Both the position numbers and the translations under genes were made by a program. A DNA stretch of 64,000 nt. Source: a virus. Positions 28,233 to 38,135 of the stretch are shown in pieces. Within the stretch, counting starts at the first letter, position 1; every line of letters begins with the position of its first letter. The notes beneath the pieces were generated by a model. That model made no database searches. It was not told where the DNA came from and saw nothing but the letters and a program-made list of their open reading frames with translations. The stretch spans positions 3,499-67,498 of the IMG/VR virus record IMGVR_UViG_3300045974_000549; one strand, 5' to 3'.

Positions 28233-31226
28233 TTACTGAGTGAATGAACATCGAACTTGCCACTCCACATTATCTTTAAAAAAGACATCTTCTTTATAAG
28301 AAGTTGGGTCAATAGGTTTCTCTCCAAGAATGTCATAACTCACCTTGTAAGCGGGTGATGCCTGTGCCACAGTTTTAACAAAGTCCTTTTTTGTTGCTGT
28401 AGTCGTAAATACTAGTTTGTCAGATGAAAGTTCTTCTATGTGGCAAGACATTGCTCCACCCCACGAAGTACCAAACTCCACATCAAGATGAAGTGGGCAA
28501 GTAACCCAAGGATATTTCTCTGGAATTACATCTTCTCCATACTTCTTTAAAAGTTGAATTGCCTGAAATAATTCCCCTGGGTAAACATCGTATTCCATGG
28601 AGTCATGCACTGTAGCAAGCAAAATTGAATTAAGAGATCTCCCCTTCATGTCGTTCCATATTTCAACAATTTGGTTTCGCACTAATTCACTTGCTGGAGA
28701 CTGAACGCGATAGTTAACCGCAAGTCGTTTAGTTTCAGCAATGTCCGATTCTCTTTTTGAAAATGCGTTTGGCAAGTTAATTCTTCTACCAAGTACAGTT
28801 TCAACAAATCCGGTTTTAAGTGTGATATCCTCTTGTTCTTTTTTCCATTTAATAAGACGAGGCACTTTTGCATAAAAAGTATTCATCAAACGTTTAGCCT
28901 CTTCTACTGGAATTCCAAGGTCAGACGCTAAATTATATTCAGTTTTACCGTATAAAATCGCAAAGTTAACTGTTTTACCAACAGAACGTTGTTGCTTTGT
29001 AATTTTTTCAGGTGGGACACCATAAAGAATTGATGCAGTTGACGTATGGGCATCGATCCCGTTTTTGAAATTTTCAATCATTGATTTTTCATTAGAAAGT
29101 GCGGCTACAATACGAAGTTCAAGCTGCGAAAAATCGGCAGCAAGTATCAATCCTCCATTTTTGTGCCAACGGGATGCTACAAGCCTTTTAATATCACATC
29201 CATTTGGCATTGAGTGAAACGGAGACGACATCCTTCCGGTAATAGTACCGTTGATGTTAAACTTCGTGTAATACATGTCGTCTTTCATGCTATCAGGAAA
29301 ACTTTGTATATAATCTTTAAGAAGTTTTGATACCCGCTTGTAATCATGAATTTTTTGTACGTAAACTTTTGCCTCTTCCCAAAGTGGTACTTTTTCTTTG
29401 AATCCATCGTCTGCTTTATATTTGTCCATCATGTGGCCAACTAAAACTTCGTTCAGAAGATACGATCTTGCGTCTTTACTAAGAGAGTCCGCACCTTTAT
29501 CAGTGTGAAAATCTGGGTTAGATGGTAGTCCGTAATATTTTTTACCATAAGCAACTTCTGACAATTTTTCAGCATTGTTAAAGTTAAATGCTTTTTCTTT
29601 TAATTTTTCCCTAGATAGTGGTGTTTTCTTTTTATTATTTATTTCTTCTAAGGGGGCAAGTTCTTTTGCCATGAACTTTTTTACTGTATTTAAGTCTTCT
29701 ATTTGTCCTCTTTTTTCTTTTAGATAATTTGTATAGTTAGTCTCAAGGAAATTGTAAGTGGACGGTAAAAAATAAATGCCTTTAAGTTCAGGTTCAATAA
29801 TAGGTACTACTGCTTTGGTTACTTGTCTTGCCGCCTCTAGTGTGTCTTTTGGACAAACATTTTCATCTTCGAATTTTTCTTCAAGTTTTTGATTGTACCA
29901 AACGTCCAAACAAGCGTATTTGCCTAAAAGACCTGTTGGGATTTGGCCATAATGTCTGTCTTTGGTTAATCTAAACAGTTTAAGATAGTGGTCGATTTCT
30001 ATATCCCAATCGTCATTAACGTTAAAGTGTTTGCGTGATAACCCTTTAAGAGAGTTATCAATACCACCACCAGTACCTTGTAATTGTACAGACACGTTTT
30101 GGGTGTCCATTTGTATTTTCACTTTTGACAAATCACAATAACTTTTGTACGCGCACCATAAAAGATCGTATTTAAGATTATGGCCGGAAATAGGAATTGT
30201 GTTTAAAACTTCGGATATAAGAATTTTTAATTTGGCTCTATCTTGGTCGGTTACATCCCATGGGATTTCAACTAAATCAGAAAGCAAATTAGGAACACTC
30301 ATCAAATCACAATAAACACCACCAGGCTTACAGTCTTTTTGAAATGGCAGTTTAGAGTTGGATTTTTTGGCTTTAGCAGCATTAAGTGGAAATTTTAGTT
30401 TGTAATCTTCAAATTCTTCGGGGTTCAAGTCTTTCCAGTGGTGAATTTCGTTAGTCACATAAAATGGTATTGCTCTTGCTTTATCCATTCTTTTGTGTGT
30501 TATTGACACCATTACAATTTCACCACCTTGTATAGGTTCAAGTGAAATTGAATTCTCGATATCGAATATAATATGGTCAATTTTGTTATGTTTGTACTGG
30601 GAAAGTAAAGTAGTTAAAAATTTAGTAGCACTTTTTGGGTCAAGGATTTCGTATTTATCTTCAGTATTTTCGGAAGGGGCATCAATAGAAGTGAAAGCTT
30701 TAGTTATATAAGTGTCAATATCCCTTAAATGTTGCGGGTGACGATCAGCAAGTGATGGGTCAAGATTAGGAATTACTTTAACAGTTAAGTCTTTGAATTT
30801 GACATCTCTTGCAGTACCATACTCTCTAGTTATTTTTACGTCATGATCACCAGACAGATTTTTATATACAAAACCACCAAAAGTCATCACTGTAGCTGTT
30901 GGGTGTTCAGCAAGTTCGTCTCTCAAGTGTTTCAAACAATGAGCAATAGCATCTCTAGGAGGCTCTTTAAATCCAGAACGAGATACATTGTTTTCAAAAG
31001 TAGGGCATTTCATTAAATAAGTAAGTTTGTATCTACCTTCAAAACGAGAAAGAAGAGGCTTTATAGTAGCAGCTTTTACACCACCAAAAAATTTGCCTTC
31101 ATCGTCTGCTTTTTCTGGATAAGGGAATACCATGATTACTTCTGGTGATTCTGCCCCTTGTGGTTTTACTTTACCGCGTACACAATGCCTATAATGACCA
31201 CACTCAGCACAAATAAGTTCATTCAT
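28233..31226 (-). CDS. Family A DNA polymerase with N-terminal UDG family-4-like domain and 3'-5' exonuclease (SPO1-type architecture)
   Basis: N-terminal 'CAECG..C...KCP...HC'; exonuclease 'FDIE','GHNLKYD','YACLDV'; polymerase 'ADFSQLELR','R..GKTVNFAILYG','VHDS'. Confidence 0.95.
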   Translation of the reverse strand: MNELICAECGHYRHCVRGKVKPQGAESPEVIMVFPYPEKADDEGKFFGGVKAATIKPLLSRFEGRYKLTYLMKCPTFENNVSRSGFKEPPRDAIAHCLKHLRDELAEHPTATVMTFGGFVYKNLSGDHDVKITREYGTARDVKFKDLTVKVIPNLDPSLADRHPQHLRDIDTYITKAFTSIDAPSENTEDKYEILDPKSATKFLTTLLSQYKHNKIDHIIFDIENSISLEPIQGGEIVMVSITHKRMDKARAIPFYVTNEIHHWKDLNPEEFEDYKLKFPLNAAKAKKSNSKLPFQKDCKPGGVYCDLMSVPNLLSDLVEIPWDVTDQDRAKLKILISEVLNTIPISGHNLKYDLLWCAYKSYCDLSKVKIQMDTQNVSVQLQGTGGGIDNSLKGLSRKHFNVNDDWDIEIDHYLKLFRLTKDRHYGQIPTGLLGKYACLDVWYNQKLEEKFEDENVCPKDTLEAARQVTKAVVPIIEPELKGIYFLPSTYNFLETNYTNYLKEKRGQIEDLNTVKKFMAKELAPLEEINNKKKTPLSREKLKEKAFNFNNAEKLSEVAYGKKYYGLPSNPDFHTDKGADSLSKDARSYLLNEVLVGHMMDKYKADDGFKEKVPLWEEAKVYVQKIHDYKRVSKLLKDYIQSFPDSMKDDMYYTKFNINGTITGRMSSPFHSMPNGCDIKRLVASRWHKNGGLILAADFSQLELRIVAALSNEKSMIENFKNGIDAHTSTASILYGVPPEKITKQQRSVGKTVNFAILYGKTEYNLASDLGIPVEEAKRLMNTFYAKVPRLIKWKKEQEDITLKTGFVETVLGRRINLPNAFSKRESDIAETKRLAVNYRVQSPASELVRNQIVEIWNDMKGRSLNSILLATVHDSMEYDVYPGELFQAIQLLKKYGEDVIPEKYPWVTCPLHLDVEFGTSWGGAMSCHIEELSSDKLVFTTTATKKDFVKTVAQASPAYKVSYDILGEKPIDPTSYKEDVFFKDNVEWQVRCSFTQ

Positions 31227-32531
31227 TTATCTAGCCTCTTTTACCCAACAACGTTCTAACTGTTTATTAATTTTTACTTTAACTTTACTATCACCACGTC
31301 TTGTAATATCTAGATAAAGGATACCATCATTAGATTCTGGACCAAAATTAAGTGATGAAATACTCCAACAACGATGCGCTTTTCTAGCTGAATGGGCAAG
31401 TTTGTCATGGGTAATTAAATTTCCACCAGCGGCCATTTCCCAAGCGTCCCTTTGCGGCTGTGCTGCAGTAAGTACCGGACATTCAAAATAACTGGCAAGT
31501 TGTACTAAATCAGAATAAACGTTACCAGCGTCATTGTACATATCATCTTTAGACTTACCAGTTGTTGGCAAAAGGCAATCATCATAATCTATGATAATCA
31601 AACTTGGTGTTACACCAGTTTTTGATCTAACTCTTGAAATCCAAGATCTTATGGTAAACGTGTTGATTGAACATTCAGGCCAAAAGTTAATGTAAAGGTT
31701 TGGTTTATACTCGTCGTATCTTTTAAGTTTGTGTTTAAAAGCTTCGGGTGTCATTGATGTAATTTGATCAGTGGACATTCCTGACATATTCATCGCATAT
31801 TTCATAGCCACATCTTCTCTTGAAATCTCAAGCGTGATATGAAACACCGCTTTACCTTCTTTAAGATTGGCTACACCAACGTTAACCATTGTAGACGATT
31901 TACCAACTTTAGGTGGAGCAAGTATCACATGCACTTCACCTGGAGCCATACCACCTTTAAGAGCCGCATCCCATGTCGGAAACCCAGATTTTACCAATTT
32001 ATCCGGATCATACTTTTTAAGATATCTAGATGGCATATCAGCAAGATCGGCGTAGGTTATTTCTTCTGAATTTCCAGCACCAATAGAAACTGCACGATCA
32101 ACCATATGTAACACTTGTTCATAAGCATCGTCGCGTTCTATAATCTCTACAGCTTTAAAAAGAGCGTTTTTAAGTTCTTGTCTCCTTACAAAAGCCACTA
32201 AGTTGTCTATATAAAATTGCTCAGACGGGATATGTGTGTTCATTATTAGTTTAGCCTCTTTTTTGATGACATCAGCTGATTCATCGGCTATACCAAAATT
32301 GAGAGCATGTTTATTAATTTCCACTGATAAAGTGTTCAAGTCCATTTCTTTTTCGTAACCAAACACATACTCTTTAATCAAAGAGCAAAGAGTTTTCAGT
32401 GCATGGTTTTCAAAATACTCATCAAGAAGTAATGTGCCATAATTGGCAGAAAATTGCACATTAGATGCTAAAATCTTTAAAATGGACCGTTGGAAATTTA
32501 TAGTAAATATACTATTTGTCTCTTCGCTCAT
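31227..32531 (-). CDS. Replicative DnaB/gp41-like helicase
   Basis: 'APPKVGKS', 'ITLEIS', 'IIIDY', 'TAAQPQR'. Confidence 0.9.
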   Translation of the reverse strand: MSEETNSIFTINFQRSILKILASNVQFSANYGTLLLDEYFENHALKTLCSLIKEYVFGYEKEMDLNTLSVEINKHALNFGIADESADVIKKEAKLIMNTHIPSEQFYIDNLVAFVRRQELKNALFKAVEIIERDDAYEQVLHMVDRAVSIGAGNSEEITYADLADMPSRYLKKYDPDKLVKSGFPTWDAALKGGMAPGEVHVILAPPKVGKSSTMVNVGVANLKEGKAVFHITLEISREDVAMKYAMNMSGMSTDQITSMTPEAFKHKLKRYDEYKPNLYINFWPECSINTFTIRSWISRVRSKTGVTPSLIIIDYDDCLLPTTGKSKDDMYNDAGNVYSDLVQLASYFECPVLTAAQPQRDAWEMAAGGNLITHDKLAHSARKAHRCWSISSLNFGPESNDGILYLDITRRGDSKVKVKINKQLERCWVKEAR

Positions 32532-32634
32532 CTTGCTGTTTTTCCTTTTTTTCCTTATTAACGTTCATCTCATGGTTAATTAAAACCAAAATTAGCCTTG
32601 CGTATAATAATTCTGCTTCTCTTCGTGTTAACAT
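32512..32634 (-). CDS. Small hypothetical protein (40 aa)
   Basis: TAAGGAG RBS; MLTRREAELLYARL...; fills the gap between thyX and the helicase. Confidence 0.5.
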   Translation of the reverse strand: MLTRREAELLYARLILVLINHEMNVNKEKKEKQQDERRDK

Positions 32635-32643
32635 AGGTACTCC

Positions 32644-33294
32644 TTATAACGTAGTAGAGGCCAAATTAGATAACTTTTCCGACTCAAATAGGGTAGGCAT
32701 TTTCTCGTGGAAACCGTCAAGCATACTTTGAGCGAGTTGTCTCATTTGCGGATGAGCTGCTGGTGCCGCACGAAGATTAAACACATGTTTCCATTCTCTG
32801 ATGTTAGCTGTCATAACAATTTCAGTCTTAAGCGAATTAGGTAAAACCGCTCTTGCCTGTTGGGGAGTCCACCCCATTTTAAGCAGAGTGAAATATCCAT
32901 TCTCTGTATAAAGCATTTGTGTTGCCCATTCTTCGTATTGTTTGGTACTTTCCTGTCCGGCTAACCATGTGGGTTCTATCACAGTAATTTCCCCACCAAA
33001 CTTATCTTTTGAATAATTACAGTAACGAGTAGACTCTTGTGAATAAGAGGCTAAACGATGACGAACTAATTCATGTGTAACTCCGCGATCAGTAATGATT
33101 CTAACTGTAATCGACGCGTGTTCAAGTACCGACGCATGGTTTTTGCTCATAATACTTTTTACAAAAGTGCATGGATTATCACCAGCTTTGTCTTCGCTTT
33201 TATAACAAGTACGACCTGCAAGTTCAAGCTTTTTTAGAATTTTATTCTCGTCAATTTCATCCTCAAACTGCCATGACTGCTTAATTATTTTCAT
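32644..33294 (-). CDS. thyX: Flavin-dependent thymidylate synthase
   Basis: 'HASVLEH', 'THELVRHRLASYSQESTRY', 'ARAVLPN', 'NIREW'. Confidence 0.96.
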   Translation of the reverse strand: MKIIKQSWQFEDEIDENKILKKLELAGRTCYKSEDKAGDNPCTFVKSIMSKNHASVLEHASITVRIITDRGVTHELVRHRLASYSQESTRYCNYSKDKFGGEITVIEPTWLAGQESTKQYEEWATQMLYTENGYFTLLKMGWTPQQARAVLPNSLKTEIVMTANIREWKHVFNLRAAPAAHPQMRQLAQSMLDGFHEKMPTLFESEKLSNLASTTL

Positions 33295-33640
33295 TTTCTA
33301 CCTCTTTATATTCTATCATATCTTCGTATACCCAAAGATATTTGGTTTTTTTGTCTATAAAAACAAGATTGCGTTTCTTTTCCCTATCAGCCATTATGTC
33401 ATCTACTTCAAATTCAGCTCCGGAAAGAAGTAAATCAAAAGTGCTATCAGAACAAATACCAATATCTAACAAATCCTGTTTGGTAACTTCCGGTTTAATC
33501 CTGAACTTCTTTCCTAATTTTTCCAATCCCAATCTCCCTACAAAGTGATTTATATTTTTGCGACCAATACCCAGAATAACAATAAACATAAGCATCTGGG
33601 GAATACTCATAATGCCTAGCTTTAAGATAACTTTCCGCAT
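33281..33640 (-). CDS. Hypothetical protein (true start probably near 33530)
   Basis: 5' part overlaps the neighbouring ORF; GGGAG precedes an in-frame TTG. Confidence 0.45.
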   Translation of the reverse strand: MRKVILKLGIMSIPQMLMFIVILGIGRKNINHFVGRLGLEKLGKKFRIKPEVTKQDLLDIGICSDSTFDLLLSGAEFEVDDIMADREKKRNLVFIDKKTKYLWVYEDMIEYKEVENENN

Positions 33641-33863
33641 CCTCTCTACAAAAGAATGGTCCGATTTGTGATGAATGGAGAGACCTTAACGCTTGGTTGA
33701 GGTTTTCTTCTGCATTGAATTCCCTAGTTATACCGTCGTCGTCGGTATATGATTCTAAACATCTTCTCAACGGACCAGGATCAATCACCATCCAATAAGG
33801 TGACTCTGTACCCTCATTGTCAGTTTTTTGTAATGTAGTTATTATATCTATCATTGATTTCAT
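33495..33863 (-). CDS. Hypothetical phage protein
   Basis: AGGAG RBS; 'GPFFCREDAE.YL....Y.Y...AYVY'. Confidence 0.6.
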   Translation of the reverse strand: MKSMIDIITTLQKTDNEGTESPYWMVIDPGPLRRCLESYTDDDGITREFNAEENLNQALRSLHSSQIGPFFCREDAESYLKARHYEYSPDAYVYCYSGYWSQKYKSLCREIGIGKIRKEVQD

Positions 33864-33870
33864 AACGCTC

Positions 33871-34782
33871 CTAAAGTTTTATTCTAACTTTTTCGTCAAA
33901 ACATTTTTTAAATTCAACAGGGTCCATATCATCGGGGTCTTTATCTAAAGCTGGTCTAACCTCGTAAACTTCGAATCCGGCTTTTATTAAAAGCCTATTG
34001 AGACGATTTCTTGATTGTTGGGTAACATCGTCTGTACCATCTAAACACACATATACCTTATGGGCAGACATTCTTAATTTGGCTAACTGGTAATCAGAAA
34101 TAGTTTTACCTAGAATGGATACTGATGGTATCCCTGTTGCTCGTTCAGCAGCTATAGCAGACACAATTCCCTCACAAATTAAGCATTCACCCTGGACTTT
34201 ATCTATACCATATACTACTTGGTCTTTGTTGCCCACGGAGTTTTTATAACGAAGGGATGAGCCGTTATAAGATCGACCTACAAGAAACACAACCTTACCA
34301 TCTTCAAAAAACGGGAAAATTATCCTTCCTGACCAAGTACGATCAAGGTTTCCAGTCTTTGGGTCTGTATAACTCAGTCCAACATGAATTTGATACTTGT
34401 TAATTTCGTCATCAGTGAATTTTCGTTTTTTAATATAATCATAGGCTATTGGTGTAGTATCTTTAGTCATTGGTACTGATACCAAGTTAAGATCTATGGT
34501 AGGATTTCTTTTTCTTTTGTCCAGTGATTTTAATTTATCTTTAATGAAATTTAGGTCTGGAGAAGTTTGGTTAACAGAACCTGATCCACCAATATCAAAG
34601 TATCTTTTAAGGGAAGATACTGCTCCTTTGGTGCCACACCTAAAACACTGGAAGAGACCCTTTTTGAAGTTTGCATATAACTTGTACTTCTCATCAACTT
34701 CACCAACTTTGGATTCACAAAATGGGCAACAAAAGCGTAGTTCGTCCGGCCTATTGGTCGGTTTAGAATCTTTTAGACTCAT
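33871..34782 (-). CDS. DNA primase (Zn finger + TOPRIM)
   Basis: 'CPFC...CFRC', 'RIIFPF', 'ICEG', 'LDG.D', 'KDPDD'. Confidence 0.92.
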   Translation of the reverse strand: MSLKDSKPTNRPDELRFCCPFCESKVGEVDEKYKLYANFKKGLFQCFRCGTKGAVSSLKRYFDIGGSGSVNQTSPDLNFIKDKLKSLDKRKRNPTIDLNLVSVPMTKDTTPIAYDYIKKRKFTDDEINKYQIHVGLSYTDPKTGNLDRTWSGRIIFPFFEDGKVVFLVGRSYNGSSLRYKNSVGNKDQVVYGIDKVQGECLICEGIVSAIAAERATGIPSVSILGKTISDYQLAKLRMSAHKVYVCLDGTDDVTQQSRNRLNRLLIKAGFEVYEVRPALDKDPDDMDPVEFKKCFDEKVRIKL

Positions 34783-34964
34783 TGTATTTTAATGAAGTGA
34801 TTTACATGCTGCTTGTCGTATGTCCAAATTTCTGATTTTGCGTATAATTTGATTACTGCACGAGTTTTCATCATTTTAACCACAACCCCATTACCATACC
34901 AAGTGTCCGTAATTTTCATTCCCCGACGTAACTTCTTAAAAACGGACTTAGTGGTTAATCGCAT
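34779..34964 (-). CDS. Small SH3-like hypothetical protein
   Basis: 'GMKI.D.WYG.GVV' pattern; overlaps the primase start. Confidence 0.5.
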   Translation of the reverse strand: MRLTTKSVFKKLRRGMKITDTWYGNGVVVKMMKTRAVIKLYAKSEIWTYDKQHVNHFIKIQ

Positions 34965-34968
34965 AATT

Positions 34969-35175
34969 TTACGGCTTAACCACTATAAATTTGGCTTCGC
35001 AATGTTCACATTCAGTTTCACAAATCTCTTTAGCACCACCATCAGCAGCTACCCCACTCGCGTAGAAATCTCCATCCGATATACCATCAGTGTTAGATTC
35101 ATTACATTTTGGACAGTCAAAATAAAACATTGCGTATGCGTCTACTTCTTCCATATTGTCTCCTAGTATTTCCAA
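34969..35175 (-). CDS. Small Zn-ribbon protein
   Basis: CPKC...CEHC. Confidence 0.55.
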   Translation of the reverse strand: MEILGDNMEEVDAYAMFYFDCPKCNESNTDGISDGDFYASGVAADGGAKEICETECEHCEAKFIVVKP

Positions 35176-35408
35176 TATCCATCTTCTCTCAAAACTTTAG
35201 GGTCCACAAAACACATTCTTCTTTGTTGGTAACAAGACAAAAGTGGTTTTGCTTTTGTCTTATCATATGGGGGTGGTTCGTCTACATGAATGGCTAACTT
35301 GTCAACCACTTTTGCCTCAGAAAAATTCCAACATTCTTTGGCTCCACCAAGTCCATGGTTATAGTCATTATTATAGCATCCACTACACATAGTTTTTTCT
35401 TTTTTCAT
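35163..35408 (-). CDS. Small Cys-containing hypothetical protein
   Basis: 'CSGCYNNDYN......CW'; ATGA-coupled to the TauE gene. Confidence 0.6.
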   Translation of the reverse strand: MKKEKTMCSGCYNNDYNHGLGGAKECWNFSEAKVVDKLAIHVDEPPPYDKTKAKPLLSCYQQRRMCFVDPKVLREDGYWKY

Positions 35409-36235
35409 ATAATATGTAACCCTTTAAGTAAAGTTAAAATACCCATGAAAATCGTTACCACTGCTATGATAATTTTAACTTTTTTCTCATCAAATCTCTT
35501 AATGAAACCAGTAGCCAAAGGAACACTAGTAAGAGACCCGATAAGCATTGCTACAAGGAGTTTAGTGTCAAGAGTAGAGCCACGAGCGATATAAAGAGCA
35601 ATCCCAAAACCACCAGTGATACCTTTTGCAAAAGCTGTAATAGCTGCGGCATTCTTACCTTCCACTCCACTAATAACTTGCCCAGAAGTAAGAAGGGCAC
35701 CAAATCCACCACCAGTAAGACTCTTGTTAAAAGCCGCTACTATAGACAAACCAAGCATTTTTTTGTTGCCATATTCTCTAACTTTGTTAAGCATCCAAAA
35801 AATGAAAATACCACATAAAATGGTAATTGCTCCGGTAGCAGCTATTAAGTTATCCTTCTGCATTTGCATAGCCGTAGGTACACCAACAAATACACCTAAG
35901 ATACATCCTATAGTTATCATGGCAGTAGCGGTTTTGTTTCTGCTAGTAAAAAAGTCAATATTCTTGTCTTCTTGGTGAAAATGTGAAGCTGTGAAACCAG
36001 TGATTAATTCTGAAATAAGAATGTTCTGTACTATCATCACCGGATTAAAATTTAACCATAAAAGCGTGTGGGCAGACAATGTACCAAAACCCATACCAGT
36101 AGCACCATTAACAAATTCGAAACAAAAAGCTATTAGAGTAACAAGTAGAAATTTCCACTCGAACCCATAACCAGAAGTTAAAATCACTGCCACACCTATT
36201 GACAGTACCATAAAAATATAAACTATTCTATTCAT
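35405..36235 (-). CDS. TauE/SafE (TSUP) family sulfur-anion transporter
   Basis: About 8-9 TM segments; 'NGATGMGFG', 'LTGGGFGALL', 'LIGSL..VPLA'. Confidence 0.8.
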   Translation of the reverse strand: MNRIVYIFMVLSIGVAVILTSGYGFEWKFLLVTLIAFCFEFVNGATGMGFGTLSAHTLLWLNFNPVMIVQNILISELITGFTASHFHQEDKNIDFFTSRNKTATAMITIGCILGVFVGVPTAMQMQKDNLIAATGAITILCGIFIFWMLNKVREYGNKKMLGLSIVAAFNKSLTGGGFGALLTSGQVISGVEGKNAAAITAFAKGITGGFGIALYIARGSTLDTKLLVAMLIGSLTSVPLATGFIKRFDEKKVKIIIAVVTIFMGILTLLKGLHII

Positions 36236-37200
36236 AAATCACCCACATTAAGACTTCTTATAAAAGAGTCTTTTTCATCCTTCCATTCACCGTTTAAAAT
36301 TTCACTTATTTGATATTCTTTTTTGATATTGGTATTAATCAGACTGGTAGAATCAGTGCATGTTGATATAAACAACCCAGCCCTATTCATAGTATTTAAT
36401 ATTTTGGACATTTCTTTCCAATTTTTAACTACCCCAGTAGTAATATTACTAGTAGGGCAAACTTCAAAAATAGTTTCAGTGTAAGCCGCTTTACTCATTA
36501 ACATTGAGTAATTGTGAATTTGTATACCATGTCCTATTCTATTTGGTTTTAAATCGTCAAGTACCCAGTCAAGTTCGTTTTCTACTTTTATATGTTTTTC
36601 TTCACCAGCGTGTACAGTAGTTATTAACCCACGGTCTCTAGCCTCTTTGTACATTTGCACGTATCTTTTACCTATGTCGCCATTCCACCAATTAGTGCTA
36701 TAAGGACCAGCAATATCAATACCTTTAATCCCTTTGCCTGCATATTGCATAGCTTTCCTAAAAACTGCTTCATTGGCATCAGGTGTACAGTCCCTACCCA
36801 TGCAAAGGATAAGACCACCTTCAATTTTATAAACTGATTTTGCTCTTTCCATCCCAGCTCTAGCTCTAACAATAATAGAATCTAAGTCTATTGCTCCATT
36901 TTGTGATCTTTTAGTTGGATTCATTCTGAGTTCTAAATATGAACACCCAGACATATAAGCAGACACAAATGAATGGTAAACACATTTTTCTATAGCCATT
37001 GGATAAGACTGTGCTTTATCAATTGAATGAAGCACTTCAAGATACGACTCAAGAGACATCCCAGCTTTATTATTAAGAGTAACTGAATGTTTAAATTCCC
37101 AATAAGTTTTAGCTGGCATTTTATAGCCAGAATCTACTACTAATTCCCAAAGAACGTTAATTGGGGTGCTTGAACTTAGATGTAAATGAAGATCTTTCAA
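36232..37200 (-). CDS. Adenosine/AMP deaminase-family amidohydrolase
   Basis: 'DLHLHL', 'YLELR', 'GIDIAG', 'HAGE', 'RIGHG', 'EVCPTSN', 'CTD'. Confidence 0.9.
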   Translation of the reverse strand: MKDLHLHLSSSTPINVLWELVVDSGYKMPAKTYWEFKHSVTLNNKAGMSLESYLEVLHSIDKAQSYPMAIEKCVYHSFVSAYMSGCSYLELRMNPTKRSQNGAIDLDSIIVRARAGMERAKSVYKIEGGLILCMGRDCTPDANEAVFRKAMQYAGKGIKGIDIAGPYSTNWWNGDIGKRYVQMYKEARDRGLITTVHAGEEKHIKVENELDWVLDDLKPNRIGHGIQIHNYSMLMSKAAYTETIFEVCPTSNITTGVVKNWKEMSKILNTMNRAGLFISTCTDSTSLINTNIKKEYQISEILNGEWKDEKDSFIRSLNVGDL

Positions 37201-37218
37201 ATTAACTCCATAATAAAG

Positions 37219-37243
37219 ATGACCCCCGAATTATGGGGGTCAT
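37219..37243 (-). terminator. Perfect 9-bp hairpin downstream of the porin gene
   Basis: atgaccccc-7nt-gggggtcat, followed on the minus strand by CTTTATT. Confidence 0.55.
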
Positions 37244-37264
37244 AGTGCCTTGTATAAGTTTTAG

Positions 37265-38113
37265 TTAAAACGTTGCTGCGATACGAGCAATCATACCATC
37301 ACTGTTATTCATATGGGAAATAAGTGCTGCGATGTTGATTTGTTTGTTGATTGCATATGTGGGACCAAAATTCAGTGATTCTGTGTGGGTAAGTTTCCAT
37401 GTAGCATCACCAGCTAGGTACTGAATATAAACACCAGTTTTATGTTCATCAGTATAACCACCAGTTAGTGCGTAGCTGAAACTTTTATCAGCATCTTTTG
37501 GCACTTCTTGAGAAAGTTCAATACCAGCAGTATAATTGGCAAATTTACCAAATCCTGATAAATCATAAGTCCAGGTTTTGAATGCAGGGCTATAACGAGC
37601 AAGAACCGCTACATCAGCTTGTGTAAAAGAGTGGGTAAGAAGTAATGAATACGCACTCATGCTATCACCCTTAACTTCATCACTAACTTGAACTGAATAA
37701 TCTACATATTGAGAAACACCTGAATAAGACAATATCATATCTCTATTAACTAAGATACTTTGAGCAAAAGTAGGTGTTAACCAGTTTGAGTGTAGTTTTG
37801 ATTCTGCAAACGCTGCATAATGGTCTTGTTGGAAACCAACACTCAAAGAATCACCAGCAACAAAAGCATTTCCTTTAAGATAGGCATTGAACATGCTAGG
37901 CGATTGTACCAGCTTCGGGTTTTGTACCATATTACCAGCAAGATTGAGTTGCCAATCACCTTCTAATTGTTGACTAAGACCAAGAACTGCGCGGTCTACG
38001 CCAGAATTATCTTGACTAGAACCTGCAAAAAGCTGTCCATAAAACACTGGAGCTGCTGCTTGTGCAAAGGCATTACTGCCTAGCAACATCATAATAACTA
38101 ATAACGACTTCAT
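37265..38113 (-). CDS. Outer-membrane beta-barrel (porin-like) protein
   Basis: Strong AAGGAGG RBS, signal peptide ending AFA, alternating beta strands, C-terminal Phe. Confidence 0.7.
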   Translation of the reverse strand: MKSLLVIMMLLGSNAFAQAAAPVFYGQLFAGSSQDNSGVDRAVLGLSQQLEGDWQLNLAGNMVQNPKLVQSPSMFNAYLKGNAFVAGDSLSVGFQQDHYAAFAESKLHSNWLTPTFAQSILVNRDMILSYSGVSQYVDYSVQVSDEVKGDSMSAYSLLLTHSFTQADVAVLARYSPAFKTWTYDLSGFGKFANYTAGIELSQEVPKDADKSFSYALTGGYTDEHKTGVYIQYLAGDATWKLTHTESLNFGPTYAINKQINIAALISHMNNSDGMIARIAATF

Positions 38114-38135
38114 ATATCCTCCTTAGGATAGGTTG

